Assembly (NCBI GenBank): GCA_945861775.1
Contig: CAMAVT010000001.1
Coordinates: forward strand, 1-61,442
From: Bifidobacterium breve
GTDB taxonomy: Bacteria; Actinomycetota; Actinomycetes; S36-B12
Direction of reading: 5' to 3'
DNA length: 61,442 nt
This document shows, piece by piece, positions 1 to 9,587 of this stretch (position 1 is the stretch's first letter; the number at the start of each line of letters is the position of its first letter). The notes below the pieces were generated by a model. That model saw only the letters and a program-made list of their open reading frames with translations, was not told the DNA's origin and searched no databases. The position numbers and the translations under genes are program-made.

Positions 1-378
1 CTGCGCATCACGCTGGATTCCCATGGCGTATCCAACACCGTGAAGGGCATGAGCCCCAATAACAATCGTGGGGAGAAAGCAATTGAATTCATATGGATCC
101 CAATCACCTAAAGAGGTGCCACGGTATAGACCGAGTAGTTCGGTAGGGGTAATTCCGCGGGAGAGCAAGACACCGTGTTCCCGGTAGGTGGGGAAGAGAA
201 CATCAGTGTCCCCAAGTGCGGCAGCCAACCCAGCCTGTGCGGCTTCTTGCCCAAGCATCGATGGCCAAAGAGCGAGTTCACCTTGGCGCTGCAAGTTTGT
301 TGCTGCGGTGTCGAATGTGCGAGCAAAGATCATATTTCGAACCATGGCCTGAAGTAGGTCAACAGATGTTTCAATCAT
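1..378 (-). CDS. 2-oxoacid (pyruvate/branched-chain keto acid) dehydrogenase E1 alpha subunit, N-terminal 126 codons; gene runs off the left edge
   Basis: Not in the ORF track because there is no stop in the window. Manual minus-strand translation from ATG (378..376) gives MIETSVDLLQAMVRNMIFARTFDTAATNLQRQGELALWPSMLGQEAAQAGLAAALGDTDVLFPTYREHGVLLSRG... GQEA and YREHG are typical E1-alpha motifs. The ATG overlaps the TGA of the upstream acyl-CoA dehydrogenase (ATGA). Confidence 0.7.
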   Translation of the reverse strand, partial: MIETSVDLLQAMVRNMIFARTFDTAATNLQRQGELALWPSMLGQEAAQAGLAAALGDTDVLFPTYREHGVLLSRGITPTELLGLYRGTSLGDWDPYEFNCFLPTIVIGAHALHGVGYAMGIQRDAQ

Positions 379-1562
379 CAACGTGAGCCCTTTCCCAGAT
401 TGCCATTGACTAAATGGCGAGCGATTACCATCCGCTGAATTTGATTTGTCCCCTCAAAAATCTGCATCACTTTGGCTTCGCGCATATATCGCTCTACGGG
501 ATGATCGCGGGTATACCCAGCGCCACCGAGGACCTGGACCGCATCGGTTGTGACCCGCATGACCGTGTCTGTTGCTATGAGTTTCGAGATACTCGCTTCC
601 CGGCTATACGGCTGACCTGAATCCTTGAGACGCGCCGCCGCCAAATACATTTCACGTGCTGACTGAATCTGGGCATCCATATCAGCTAACATGAAACTGA
701 CCCCCTGATAATCGATAATCTGACTACCGAATGCTTCTCGGTCCATAGCGTATCGAAGTGAATAATTCAGGGCAGCTTGCGCAAGACCAGTAGCAGTGGC
801 TGCAATCCCGAGTCTCCCGGCATCGAGTGCAGACAGCGCTATGCGTAATCCATCGCCTGGTTCGCCGATCAATCCTGTGAGCCCGGTGTCATCGATATGC
901 GCATTATCAAAATGAATGAGAGTAGTCGGCGAACTTGTTAATCCCATTTTTGACTCACGCTTACCAACGGTCAGGCCGGGTGTCCCGGCTGGAACATAAA
1001 AACAACTGATTCCGTGGCTAGGGTCATCAGATGTTCGCGCAAAGACGATATAAAAATCTGCAGCACCACCGTGGGTCACCCACGCTTTTGTTCCGTTGAT
1101 TACCCATCCATTTCCATCACGCTTTGCGCTCGTTCGGATTGCACTGGGGTCAGAGCCCGCGTGAACCTCAGACAGGCAATACGCCCCCAGTGCTGTTCCT
1201 GACATGAGGGTTGGCAGTAATTCAGATTTCATAGCGTCCGAACCAAACGCAACAACTGGTTGGTGAGCGAGGCAATTCACGCTCACCGAAAGCGCAATAC
1301 TGGCCCATCGCATTGAGATTTCCTCAAGTACTTGGAGATAGATCTGATATCCCTGACCTCCCCCACCCAGTGATTCGGGAAATGGCAGGGTCAGAAGACC
1401 AAGTTGCCCCATGTGAGCCAGAATTTTGCGGGGGAATTCCTCGGTGGCTTCGGCTGTAGCCGCCCGAGGTGCAAGTTGGTCATCGGCAAATTCCGCAACC
1501 ATCGTGATCAAGCCCTCGGCTTCAGGTGTGGGCAATGACCGACGCACGGGTGGAAAGGACAC
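378..1562 (-). CDS. acyl-CoA dehydrogenase
   Basis: 394-aa ORF with ACAD-family blocks (GAYCLSEVHAGSDP, FGSQIIDYQGVSFMLADM, QIFEGTNQIQRMVIARHL). Translationally coupled to the E1-alpha gene. Confidence 0.9.
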   Translation of the reverse strand: MSFPPVRRSLPTPEAEGLITMVAEFADDQLAPRAATAEATEEFPRKILAHMGQLGLLTLPFPESLGGGGQGYQIYLQVLEEISMRWASIALSVSVNCLAHQPVVAFGSDAMKSELLPTLMSGTALGAYCLSEVHAGSDPSAIRTSAKRDGNGWVINGTKAWVTHGGAADFYIVFARTSDDPSHGISCFYVPAGTPGLTVGKRESKMGLTSSPTTLIHFDNAHIDDTGLTGLIGEPGDGLRIALSALDAGRLGIAATATGLAQAALNYSLRYAMDREAFGSQIIDYQGVSFMLADMDAQIQSAREMYLAAARLKDSGQPYSREASISKLIATDTVMRVTTDAVQVLGGAGYTRDHPVERYMREAKVMQIFEGTNQIQRMVIARHLVNGNLGKGSR

Positions 1563-1674
1563 CTCTTATTACCCCCTCACTGTGGGACCAGACGTTCAAA
1601 CTCTCGCTCACCAGCGCCCGAAATGCAACTAAATTAAATTTTCCCGCACAAGACACACTAAATGTGTAAATTAA

Positions 1675-2181
1675 GTGACTATGACACAAGAAAACACACC
1701 ATTTGCCGAGTCGCGACGGGTGGAAGTTGATGAACTGGATCGCCAGATCCTGGACCTGCTGGTTGAAGACGGCCGACGCTCGGTGGTTGATATCGGTCAG
1801 CACATCAAATTATCACCCGCAGCGACCAAGCGCCGGGTTGATCGTCTCGAGGCAGAAGGTGTCATCCGCGGATACACGGCACTACTCGATCATCGGTACC
1901 TAGGAACGGGGTTCGAAGCTTTTACCGAACTTCGATTCGCCGGTGATGTTCAAGTAGACGCAATTCAATTTGAAACCAGCGCGGTCCCCGAAGTTCTCGA
2001 GGTGTACACAATCGCTGGCGATCCCGATGCACTGGTTCGAATCCGAGTGTCCAATGTTGAGCACCTACAAGAGGTAGTAGACGCACTGCGTCGCCGACCG
2101 GGAATTGTTGGAACGAAGACACTCATGGTTTTGGGTTCCTGGCGGCGTGGGGAACAACGCAACCGCCAGATCAAGAAGTGA
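1675..2181 (+). CDS. Lrp/AsnC family transcriptional regulator
   Basis: N-terminal AsnC-type HTH (LDRQILDLLVEDGRRSVVDIGQHIKLSPAATKRRVDRLEAEGVIRGY) plus a C-terminal RAM-like domain. Divergent from the ACAD/E1 operon. Start is GTG 1675 or ATG 1681. Confidence 0.9.
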   Translation: MTMTQENTPFAESRRVEVDELDRQILDLLVEDGRRSVVDIGQHIKLSPAATKRRVDRLEAEGVIRGYTALLDHRYLGTGFEAFTELRFAGDVQVDAIQFETSAVPEVLEVYTIAGDPDALVRIRVSNVEHLQEVVDALRRRPGIVGTKTLMVLGSWRRGEQRNRQIKK

Positions 2182-2257
2182 GGTAATCAACTGATAACCC
2201 ATAAATTGATTTGGACCAAAGCCTGCCCAAACAATTCATCTCTGCAAAGATGCTGCC

Positions 2258-4930
2258 ATGGCAATGCTTTCGCGTCGAGAATTCATTCAAGCCGCCAGCG
2301 TCATGGGTGCAGCCGTTGTTGTGGGGTCAGCGGCGTCGACCGCCCAGGCCGCGCCTTCTCAGCGTGTGAATGTCTCACGCATTGCCCGCGTCGCCATTCA
2401 TCCAAGTATTGGTTTCGCGCGCGTTGGAAATAGCCAAGATACCTTTTATTTCGGTCCTGAGGTCCCTGCTACTTGCCCACGCGGGCCCTTCAAAGATGCA
2501 TCCGGTGCGATGGCGAAGCAGGCTGCACGCTTTCGAATCTACGCTTACGACGCGCAAGGAAATGTTCTGGGAGAGATCACGGACGCTGACGCTGACATCA
2601 CCTGGCGCGTCGATGTGGCAAATGCAAAGCCGATTTGGTACGACCCGGACGAGCCATTTGATGTGCCGTCACCCCCACAGACTCGGCAGCGCAATCCTGA
2701 AGTAGTCGATCGATCAACACTCATCGCGCACGCTTCGCCCAGGGTTATCTCCGGTGCTGGTGCTGCTCCCCAGAAACTGGATGGAGGAAGTTTCTTGGGA
2801 GTGCCCCTTAATCTTGGTGAGGTATTCACGGACCGCAGCGGTCGTCTTGTTGTTCTGCCCGGTGATGGACGAGCCGTGCCTGCCCCAGGTGCTCCTCCGC
2901 TCACCGGCTTGAGTAGCGACGGATGGATTGACGACACGTGTGACGGACCTGTGCGAGCGAGGGTGAATATCGGCGGTAAAAGCATGCAGGCGACACCCGC
3001 GTATGTGGTGAGCACCTCACCCGATTGGGGGCCAAGCATCTCCGAAGGGATCATCACCCTGTGTGACGCCGTCGAGAATGCTCTTTATAAAGCTAAGCGT
3101 CACAAGGCGTCACGCACAAACTTTTGGCTGGATGTCTATCCGATCTTTCGCCGATTGACAGACACCCAATGGGTGAATGAAGGGTTCCTTGAATCCAACG
3201 GGTGGGGTTCGAAGGCCGATTGGACCAGTGCTCCCCTTCAGGCCAAATTGGCAGATGGTTCGCGTTCTAATCGATCTTGGCGACGACAGGTTTTCTCATC
3301 ATTTCGAAACCCGGGATATCAAAATGTGGAACCGGATTTGGTTCCGGCGCTCTACGGAGACAAAATCAGCATTCCACCTAATTTGGTTCAGTCCCGGCAG
3401 TGGACGGCGGTGACTGAACTTCAGTACGCGCATCTGCGATCTTGGGCAGAGGGAAACTTCACCGCGAACGACATTTCGCCTGCCACGCAGATCTCACAGC
3501 TTCCACTGGATCAACAACCTGAGGCCCTCGATCGCGCTTCGCTCGGCGGTTGTCTGGGTGGCCCTTTCCACCCCGGTATCGAGTTCACCTGGCTCGCGCG
3601 CATTCCGTGGATCTGGACTTCGGATTTACGGCTGAAATGGACGCAATTGACACCAAATGTTGAAAACTACGGGCCGTGGATGACCCAGCAGATCGCTTTG
3701 TCACGCACCGGACCGCTCTCGCGCATGGGACCCGGCGCAATCGGGCAGTGGATGGGTCTGCCATGGCACTCCGATTCGGCATCGTGTCGGTCGGGATATA
3801 CGAGAGTGCTATCACCGGTGTCACCAACATTTTGGCCGGCACGCATACCGAATCAGGTTTTAGCGCAGGCCGACTACAACATTGTTGTTGACACCTCCAA
3901 GTCACTCGCTGAGCGACGCGCAGCTTTTCGACGTCGACGTGGATGGGAAAGATTTATCGCGGGCCCCACATCACAAGTCTCCATCAATGCGATGATTACC
4001 GATTGGTACAAGTTGGGTGTGGTGACCGAAATGCCAGGGCCACGTGATGGATTCTTCCCTCAAACAATGAAGGTCGAGACCAACGTTGGTTTTCCGCAGG
4101 AGCCCGCTTTTGATTACGGCGCATATTTCACGATGCCGCAACTTCCTAGCTTCCCCATCATGGTTGGGTGTTCCGATGACAGCAGCCTGCGATTGATCAC
4201 AGAGGACGGTGATGAATCACAGTTCCATGTCAACACTGCATTAGCAAGACCCGAGGGAATGGCTCGTGACTCAATGGGCAACCTTTACGTCGCATGTCTG
4301 GACGACGGCACGATCGCCAAAGTGTCTCCACGAGGTGTCGTCACGACGTACGCAAGCGGCTTGGGCGCTCCGGTAGGGCTCTTCATGGCGGGACGCAACC
4401 ACCTCTACGTCACCGACTACTCGGACGACGGCCGCGTTTTTGTCGTCAATCCTGACGGCTCAGTCCGAACACTTGTGCCCAAAGGTTCGGGGCTTCGAAG
4501 CCCCGTGGGCATAACGATCAATCCGGTTGACAGCATGTTGCTCGTCGGTAGTTCCGCAGACGGAACGATCTGGCGTATCAGTCCCGTCGATGGCACGATC
4601 CTGAGCCAGTCCTGGATCTCCGGTATCCCGCGTCCACTCTTAATGTGCGTCGACCTCAATCAGCAGATCTGGATCGGCAATGGCACTCCGAACGCACCCG
4701 CGCTCTATCGATACGACGCGACGGGTAAACAACTGCCACTGCAACTCCGCGGCGAAGTTGATGTTCGAGGCGTCATGGGAGTGGCATACGACTCGATGAA
4801 TCGGCTCTACCTGACCAATCCAGGTCGCAATCTGATCGTGCGTGTGACCATGTCGGGTGATGTTGGTACGACCGAGGCTTTTGCCTACTCCGGCCCGAAA
4901 CCGGGCGGCATTGTCTTCAATGGTTCGTAG
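2258..4930 (+). CDS. Tat-exported LodA/GoxA-family (cysteine tryptophylquinone) oxidase fused to a C-terminal NHL-type beta-propeller
   Basis: Twin-arginine signal MAMLSRREFIQAASVMGAAVVVGSAASTAQA. The family-typical block VAIHPSIGFARVGNS lies near the N-terminus. PWHSDSASC (Cys510) and PTFWPARIP (Trp526) are candidate CTQ residues. The last ~250 aa are NHL-like repeats (GNLYVACLDDGTIAKV, NHLYVTDYSDDGRVFVV, MLLVGSSADGTIWRI, NRLYLTNPGRNLIVRV). Confidence 0.65.
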   Translation: MAMLSRREFIQAASVMGAAVVVGSAASTAQAAPSQRVNVSRIARVAIHPSIGFARVGNSQDTFYFGPEVPATCPRGPFKDASGAMAKQAARFRIYAYDAQGNVLGEITDADADITWRVDVANAKPIWYDPDEPFDVPSPPQTRQRNPEVVDRSTLIAHASPRVISGAGAAPQKLDGGSFLGVPLNLGEVFTDRSGRLVVLPGDGRAVPAPGAPPLTGLSSDGWIDDTCDGPVRARVNIGGKSMQATPAYVVSTSPDWGPSISEGIITLCDAVENALYKAKRHKASRTNFWLDVYPIFRRLTDTQWVNEGFLESNGWGSKADWTSAPLQAKLADGSRSNRSWRRQVFSSFRNPGYQNVEPDLVPALYGDKISIPPNLVQSRQWTAVTELQYAHLRSWAEGNFTANDISPATQISQLPLDQQPEALDRASLGGCLGGPFHPGIEFTWLARIPWIWTSDLRLKWTQLTPNVENYGPWMTQQIALSRTGPLSRMGPGAIGQWMGLPWHSDSASCRSGYTRVLSPVSPTFWPARIPNQVLAQADYNIVVDTSKSLAERRAAFRRRRGWERFIAGPTSQVSINAMITDWYKLGVVTEMPGPRDGFFPQTMKVETNVGFPQEPAFDYGAYFTMPQLPSFPIMVGCSDDSSLRLITEDGDESQFHVNTALARPEGMARDSMGNLYVACLDDGTIAKVSPRGVVTTYASGLGAPVGLFMAGRNHLYVTDYSDDGRVFVVNPDGSVRTLVPKGSGLRSPVGITINPVDSMLLVGSSADGTIWRISPVDGTILSQSWISGIPRPLLMCVDLNQQIWIGNGTPNAPALYRYDATGKQLPLQLRGEVDVRGVMGVAYDSMNRLYLTNPGRNLIVRVTMSGDVGTTEAFAYSGPKPGGIVFNGS

Positions 4931-5949
4931 TGACGTCGATTGTTGTCGTTGGCGCAGGCCCGGCAGGTTGCGCGTTCGCAGTCACTGCTGCTCGTGGTGG
5001 CCACGATGTTGTCCTGTTGCATGATGATCGCCGGGGTAAGGCATGGGCGGGTGAAGCGTTGCCGGCAGGTGGCGGTGAATTGGTTACCTCAATTTTCGGC
5101 CCTGGCGTGATAGAAAGCCATCACATCGCATATGGAACCACGGCAGCTTGGGGTTCGGACGACCTCGTCACCCACGACTTCATGACCCACTGGTCCGGCC
5201 ATGGTTGGCATCTGGATCGTGCCCGGTTTGATTCAGACCTCCGCGCGTGCGCGCAGCGAGCTGGTGTCCGGGTGGTCGCCGAGCGACTGAGTTCATTGAA
5301 GCGGTCGTCAGGTCATTGGATGATCAATGAACAGGTACGCGCTGATCTGATCGTCGATGCAAGCGGGAGACCAGGTGCCGTTGTTGGTCGTCTGGGAGTT
5401 CGTTCGCATCGATTCGATGATCAAATCGCCCTCGTCGCCACTGTTGCTGACACCGGTGGCGAGCAAGTGACAACGATCGAATCGGGTGCGACCGGTTGGT
5501 GGTACACGGCACCCCTCCCATTGGGCAAGCGTGTCGTTGCTCTGGTCACCGATACCGATCTTCTCAATTCAGATCGAGCTGAAACCTTTAACGCAACATT
5601 GGCAGACACAATTCACATGAAGAAATACATTCATCCAGATCACAGCAATCCCGTAACTATGCATCCCGCAGGGACGGTTCAACGTGCGGATTTGTACGGC
5701 GATGGGTGGATCGCTGTCGGCGACGCCGCCACGAGTTTTGATCCACTCTCGTCACAAGGCTTGGTCACCGGAATGGTGATGGCCGCGCACGCTGGACGCC
5801 TAGTAGGCACAGACCTAGTAGGTACAGACCTTGCGGAATGGGACCGCGGTTATCTCGACGCACTCACAGAGCATGAAAGCCTGAGAACGGCTATGTACTC
5901 AGCCGAACAACGTTGGCCTGAAGCCCCCTTTTGGTCCCGGCGTCATTGA
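4930..5949 (+). CDS. LodB-like FAD-dependent flavoprotein (putative CTQ-maturation partner)
   Basis: GxGxxG dinucleotide fold at the N-terminus (IVVVGAGPAGCAFAVTAARGG) and a later GDAA block (WIAVGDAATSFDPLSSQG). GTG start overlaps the stop of the LodA-like gene by 1 nt, the usual lodA-lodB arrangement. Confidence 0.6.
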   Translation: MTSIVVVGAGPAGCAFAVTAARGGHDVVLLHDDRRGKAWAGEALPAGGGELVTSIFGPGVIESHHIAYGTTAAWGSDDLVTHDFMTHWSGHGWHLDRARFDSDLRACAQRAGVRVVAERLSSLKRSSGHWMINEQVRADLIVDASGRPGAVVGRLGVRSHRFDDQIALVATVADTGGEQVTTIESGATGWWYTAPLPLGKRVVALVTDTDLLNSDRAETFNATLADTIHMKKYIHPDHSNPVTMHPAGTVQRADLYGDGWIAVGDAATSFDPLSSQGLVTGMVMAAHAGRLVGTDLVGTDLAEWDRGYLDALTEHESLRTAMYSAEQRWPEAPFWSRRH

Positions 5950-5980
5950 AAAACCATGCGTTACCTGTGGAATACCGCTA

Positions 5981-7444
5981 CTAAGGAGCGTCACACTTCA
6001 TGACCCCAGATCCCAACACGCAGTTGCGGAACAACGTTGCATCCGGTGTCTTCATTTGCAATAGCCAGTTTCCATTGGGTCGAGGACGAACAAGCGCGTA
6101 GCCATAGCGGACATCCCACCAACCCGAGGTTGGTGCCCCATAAGCCATCTCTGGAACAAAGTTGGGGCCGGTCGTAGGGAGAAAGAATGGTACTGGGGAT
6201 TCGAGGTATGTTCCCCCGTTCCCCAACACAACCTGAGGTGGGACACCGGGAATGTTCATCGCCTGCGCTATATGAATATGTGAAGAGATGATCAACGAGT
6301 AGTCATCAAGGAGCCCGTAGCTCGCCACCTGCTGATCCCCTGAGGACCACCCACCGGTTGGCCCGCAGTCGTCACTGACCTGCCAGCCAATCACGGGCCG
6401 GTGCACGAGCAACCAGGATTGATTTGCCCGCTCGGCAAGTCGCCCCGCCGCCTGATACGCAGTGATCTGCTGCGGAAGTATCGAGCTGACAGTGCAGTCT
6501 TCCCCGTATGCGGAATCAACTACAACCAAACGCAAGTCTTCAGGGCCTCGCACGTCAACGTCGACGGCAAAGCTTTCATTGAGCATCTCGGCTGGGTTAA
6601 CAAGCGCCCCGCTTGAATTCAGTTGAGGCGCGCAAGTTCCTTCGGTGCCATCACGTGGATCAAAATAAATGTAGTACCCGTTTCCGCCCCGGTAGCACGC
6701 CTCGTGATTGCCCCGGACCACAACGATTGGGGCTGCAGCAAGAACACTTGCCATCGGTGTGAATACGTCTGCCAGCCACCCCGTTGCCGTGTCCTTGAAC
6801 GGTAATCCTGTACCGGGCGCAGGTGAACCCGCGCATAACGCAGTATTGCTTGGGCCGCATGCGGCTTCCCGATAATAAAAGTCACCGGTATAAACGATGA
6901 GCTGCGGGCGCTCGGCTGCAATGCTTCGCGAGATTTGAGCAAGTGGCCATGATTCAGGGTTATTGCAGGCCTGATCCCATGTGCCCTTGAGTCGGCAACC
7001 AGTGTCCCCGAACACAGCGATTCGATCTGTCTCTTTAGGCATCGAGGCCGGAATAGAGCGCCCACCAACGGTGGCGCTAATAGCACCGAAGGGAATCTTT
7101 GCGCTGCACGAACGCAAGGATGCAAATGCACCGTACGTCGTTGCCGGCGCGACTCGCTCAATCATTGGAGTCCGCTTGTTAACACCCTTTGCATGTGTTG
7201 TTCGAAGTAGTGGACAAGGATTACCCATGGGGACAACCGCACGCGCAACCAAACCAGATCGAGTCATTCCCACCGGCGCCGTCAAACTGTATGCGGCGAT
7301 AATCCCGGCATCGCTGGGTGCGACCGAACTCAGGGTGAGCGGTGCATCTGGTTCAGCATTTGCTGGAACCGTGCCAGCGACCAAAACGCCCAAAGTCATA
7401 ACGCCCGTAATCAGGACCTTCGCAGCACGACTTGACATATTCAT
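5981..7444 (-). CDS. secreted metallophosphoesterase (calcineurin-like)
   Basis: Signal peptide (MNMSSRAAKVLITGVMTLGVLVAGTVPANA). Metallophosphoesterase-like blocks AVFGDTGC, YTGDFYYRE, VVRGNHE, SSHIHIAQ. Confidence 0.7.
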   Translation of the reverse strand: MNMSSRAAKVLITGVMTLGVLVAGTVPANAEPDAPLTLSSVAPSDAGIIAAYSLTAPVGMTRSGLVARAVVPMGNPCPLLRTTHAKGVNKRTPMIERVAPATTYGAFASLRSCSAKIPFGAISATVGGRSIPASMPKETDRIAVFGDTGCRLKGTWDQACNNPESWPLAQISRSIAAERPQLIVYTGDFYYREAACGPSNTALCAGSPAPGTGLPFKDTATGWLADVFTPMASVLAAAPIVVVRGNHEACYRGGNGYYIYFDPRDGTEGTCAPQLNSSGALVNPAEMLNESFAVDVDVRGPEDLRLVVVDSAYGEDCTVSSILPQQITAYQAAGRLAERANQSWLLVHRPVIGWQVSDDCGPTGGWSSGDQQVASYGLLDDYSLIISSHIHIAQAMNIPGVPPQVVLGNGGTYLESPVPFFLPTTGPNFVPEMAYGAPTSGWWDVRYGYALVRPRPNGNWLLQMKTPDATLFRNCVLGSGVMKCDAP

Positions 7445-7459
7445 AACTCACTATTCGGG

Positions 7460-8113
7460 TTGAGTGCTCAAAGACGAACACCTGGTTCACTTATCAAGAG
7501 AAAGTATGTCGAATACCGTAGCCATCATGCTAGTGAGGACAAGTTAGGTTCGGGCTCGGCCTGCCCATATACTTTGCATGTGATTAGGACTAACGGAGGC
7601 ACCTCGAGCCTGCTTCGCGCTCTGGTTCTCGGTGGCGCGGTAGCCGCGCTCACCCTCATCCCGCATACCGCCGCTGCCGGGGCATTGCCCAGTATTTTCG
7701 GAGTCACCCTCGTTCTCGCAATCTGCATTCTCATGTGTATTCCCGTGAAGCGGGGAATGCGCCAAACTCACGCCTTCATGCTCTTCCTCGCATTACAAAT
7801 GCTCGGACACGTAACGCTCACCTTGACAGAAATACACTCTCACACCCACGTCGGTGGCTCGTTTATCCCCGAGCCCACCATGCTCGCCTTCCACGTGACC
7901 GGTGGCCTACTTGCAGCACTCGTTGTCCTACACGCTGATCGCATTTCTCACCGATTTGCCGAGTTGATCAGACCGTTTATTGCCCCCGTATTGCTGGTTG
8001 TCCAAGCTTGTGAGTTTCCTTCCACGGTTTCACTACCGTCAGTTCCCCTCGCAAAGTGCCTCAGAGCATGTGTGCGAACTGATGCTGGGCGCGCACCCCC
8101 CTTATTCGTCTAG
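7460..8113 (+). CDS. polytopic membrane protein with a His-rich loop; start codon uncertain
   Basis: Four to five hydrophobic segments and HSHTHVGG. Sits directly upstream of ycnI-copC-copC. No family recognised. Confidence 0.4.
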   Translation: MSAQRRTPGSLIKRKYVEYRSHHASEDKLGSGSACPYTLHVIRTNGGTSSLLRALVLGGAVAALTLIPHTAAAGALPSIFGVTLVLAICILMCIPVKRGMRQTHAFMLFLALQMLGHVTLTLTEIHSHTHVGGSFIPEPTMLAFHVTGGLLAALVVLHADRISHRFAELIRPFIAPVLLVVQACEFPSTVSLPSVPLAKCLRACVRTDAGRAPPLFV

Positions 8114-8220
8114 CCAGTAACGATTTCTCTTACATCAACACTCCAAGTTATCGGCGTCGTTGATGCTCATCCTTTTTCAAAGGTAACAAACAATCGTCTT
8201 TTATTTCATAAGGAGTTTTA

Positions 8221-8955
8221 ATGTCTACATTTATGTCCCGAACAGCTGTGCGCATCGCAGTAGTTGTCGGTGCTGCCGCAGCACTCAGCCTGACAGCAGC
8301 AGTCCCTGCAAATGCCCACGTGACTGCAAACCTGTATGGCGCAACAGCAAAATCAGGTGGTTACGGGGTCATGTTCCTTCGCGTACCCCACGGCTGCGGT
8401 GGCGACACCACCGATGCAGTCACCATGACAATCCCCGCGGGGGTCGATCCCGCAGGTGTCAAACCACAGAACAAAGGGGGTTGGACCATCAGTCGTACCG
8501 GTTCAACAATTACCTGGTCCGGTGGAGAACTGCGGGACAACGAGTTTGATGACTTTGGAGTAAACCTGAAGTGGCCAACCCTCAATGCAGATGAAGCATC
8601 ACGAATTCTTTCCATTCCCGTGGTGCAACGCTGCGATGCAGAACTCACCGTTAGCAAGGCCGGTGGCAACACCACCGTTTCAGCACTCTTTGATGGTCTG
8701 GCCAACAAGGAAGTCAGCCTTTTCTCAGGTGACACGCGAGTGACACGGGCCAAAGTTGCTGCAGATGGCAGCGTCGAAATCACGGTGCCCTCAACCGATG
8801 TCACTGGACCGCTCACAGTTCGCCGAGCAGGAGTGATCATCGGGAACGACACCGCTTCAACAGCGGCGTGGACTCAAGTCAAAGGTGACGGATCTGATCA
8901 GAAGCACCCGGCACCAACGGTGACGATCATGGCCGCGACGGCATCCGCTCACTAA
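8221..8955 (+). CDS. ycnI: YcnI-family (DUF1775) copper-binding protein, secreted
   Basis: Signal peptide ending ANA|HVTANLYG, then GYGVMFLRVPHGCGGDTT, typical of DUF1775. RBS AAGGAG lies upstream. Confidence 0.8.
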   Translation: MSTFMSRTAVRIAVVVGAAAALSLTAAVPANAHVTANLYGATAKSGGYGVMFLRVPHGCGGDTTDAVTMTIPAGVDPAGVKPQNKGGWTISRTGSTITWSGGELRDNEFDDFGVNLKWPTLNADEASRILSIPVVQRCDAELTVSKAGGNTTVSALFDGLANKEVSLFSGDTRVTRAKVAADGSVEITVPSTDVTGPLTVRRAGVIIGNDTASTAAWTQVKGDGSDQKHPAPTVTIMAATASAH

Positions 8956-9587
8956 TGCGACGACTCATTGCCTCTATGGCACTTGCCCTGTTCCTTTTTG
9001 GAGCAGGGCAAGTGCCCGCCCTCGCGCATGCGAGCCTCACCGGCTCGAGCCCGACAGATGGAAGTGTGGTTCGCACCTCTCCTAAATCCGTCACGCTCAA
9101 ATTCAGTGAAGCCGTGACGGCCCAAACTATTGAACTGAAATCCAACACAGCCACTGTGGCCACCACCGTTAGTTCTAATGGAAGTCGCATCAAGATCACA
9201 CCTCAAACAGCGTTGCCCCGTGGGCTTTACGCTGCCAGTTGGATTGTCGAATCAGACGACAGCCACGTGGTCAACGGCTCTATCGCTTTCGCTGTAGGGG
9301 TCATCCCCGCCCCGAAGGGATCCCAGTTAGTGAACACGGTCCCCGCAGTTCGAACCACGTTAAACACTCAGCGCGCAGGAATAGCGCAGGTGCGTTTCCC
9401 TGGCAAAAAAGTTACCGGCAATGTCCAGTGGCAACATCTCGGACTGCAAGGACCGCTCACCTGGTCAATTGCGAGCAGTGCCGCCCAAGGAATACTTCCC
9501 TTTCCCGGGAAGTGGACTATGCAAGCAACACTGATCGATGATTCCGGTGCAGTTATCAGCGTGACCGGTTCCGTGGTGATCACATGA
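8955..9587 (+). CDS. copC: CopC-domain copper-binding protein with an extra C-terminal domain
   Basis: Signal ALA|HASLTGSSPTDGSVVRTSPKSVTLKFSEAV (CopC N-terminal signature). TAATG overlap with ycnI. Confidence 0.8.
   Translation: MRRLIASMALALFLFGAGQVPALAHASLTGSSPTDGSVVRTSPKSVTLKFSEAVTAQTIELKSNTATVATTVSSNGSRIKITPQTALPRGLYAASWIVESDDSHVVNGSIAFAVGVIPAPKGSQLVNTVPAVRTTLNTQRAGIAQVRFPGKKVTGNVQWQHLGLQGPLTWSIASSAAQGILPFPGKWTMQATLIDDSGAVISVTGSVVIT

Noticed and set aside
108-357. Track ORFs 108..326(-) and 175..357(+)
   Set aside because: They lie inside the partial E1-alpha gene (1..378, minus), whose frame carries the GQEA/YREHG motifs.
2375-7463. Long alternative-frame ORFs overlapping the LodA-like and metallophosphoesterase genes (for example 2545..3057(-), 6619..7161(-), 6981..7463(+))
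   Set aside because: These are typical GC-rich shadow ORFs with Arg/Pro/Ser-rich products. The annotated frames carry the recognisable motifs.
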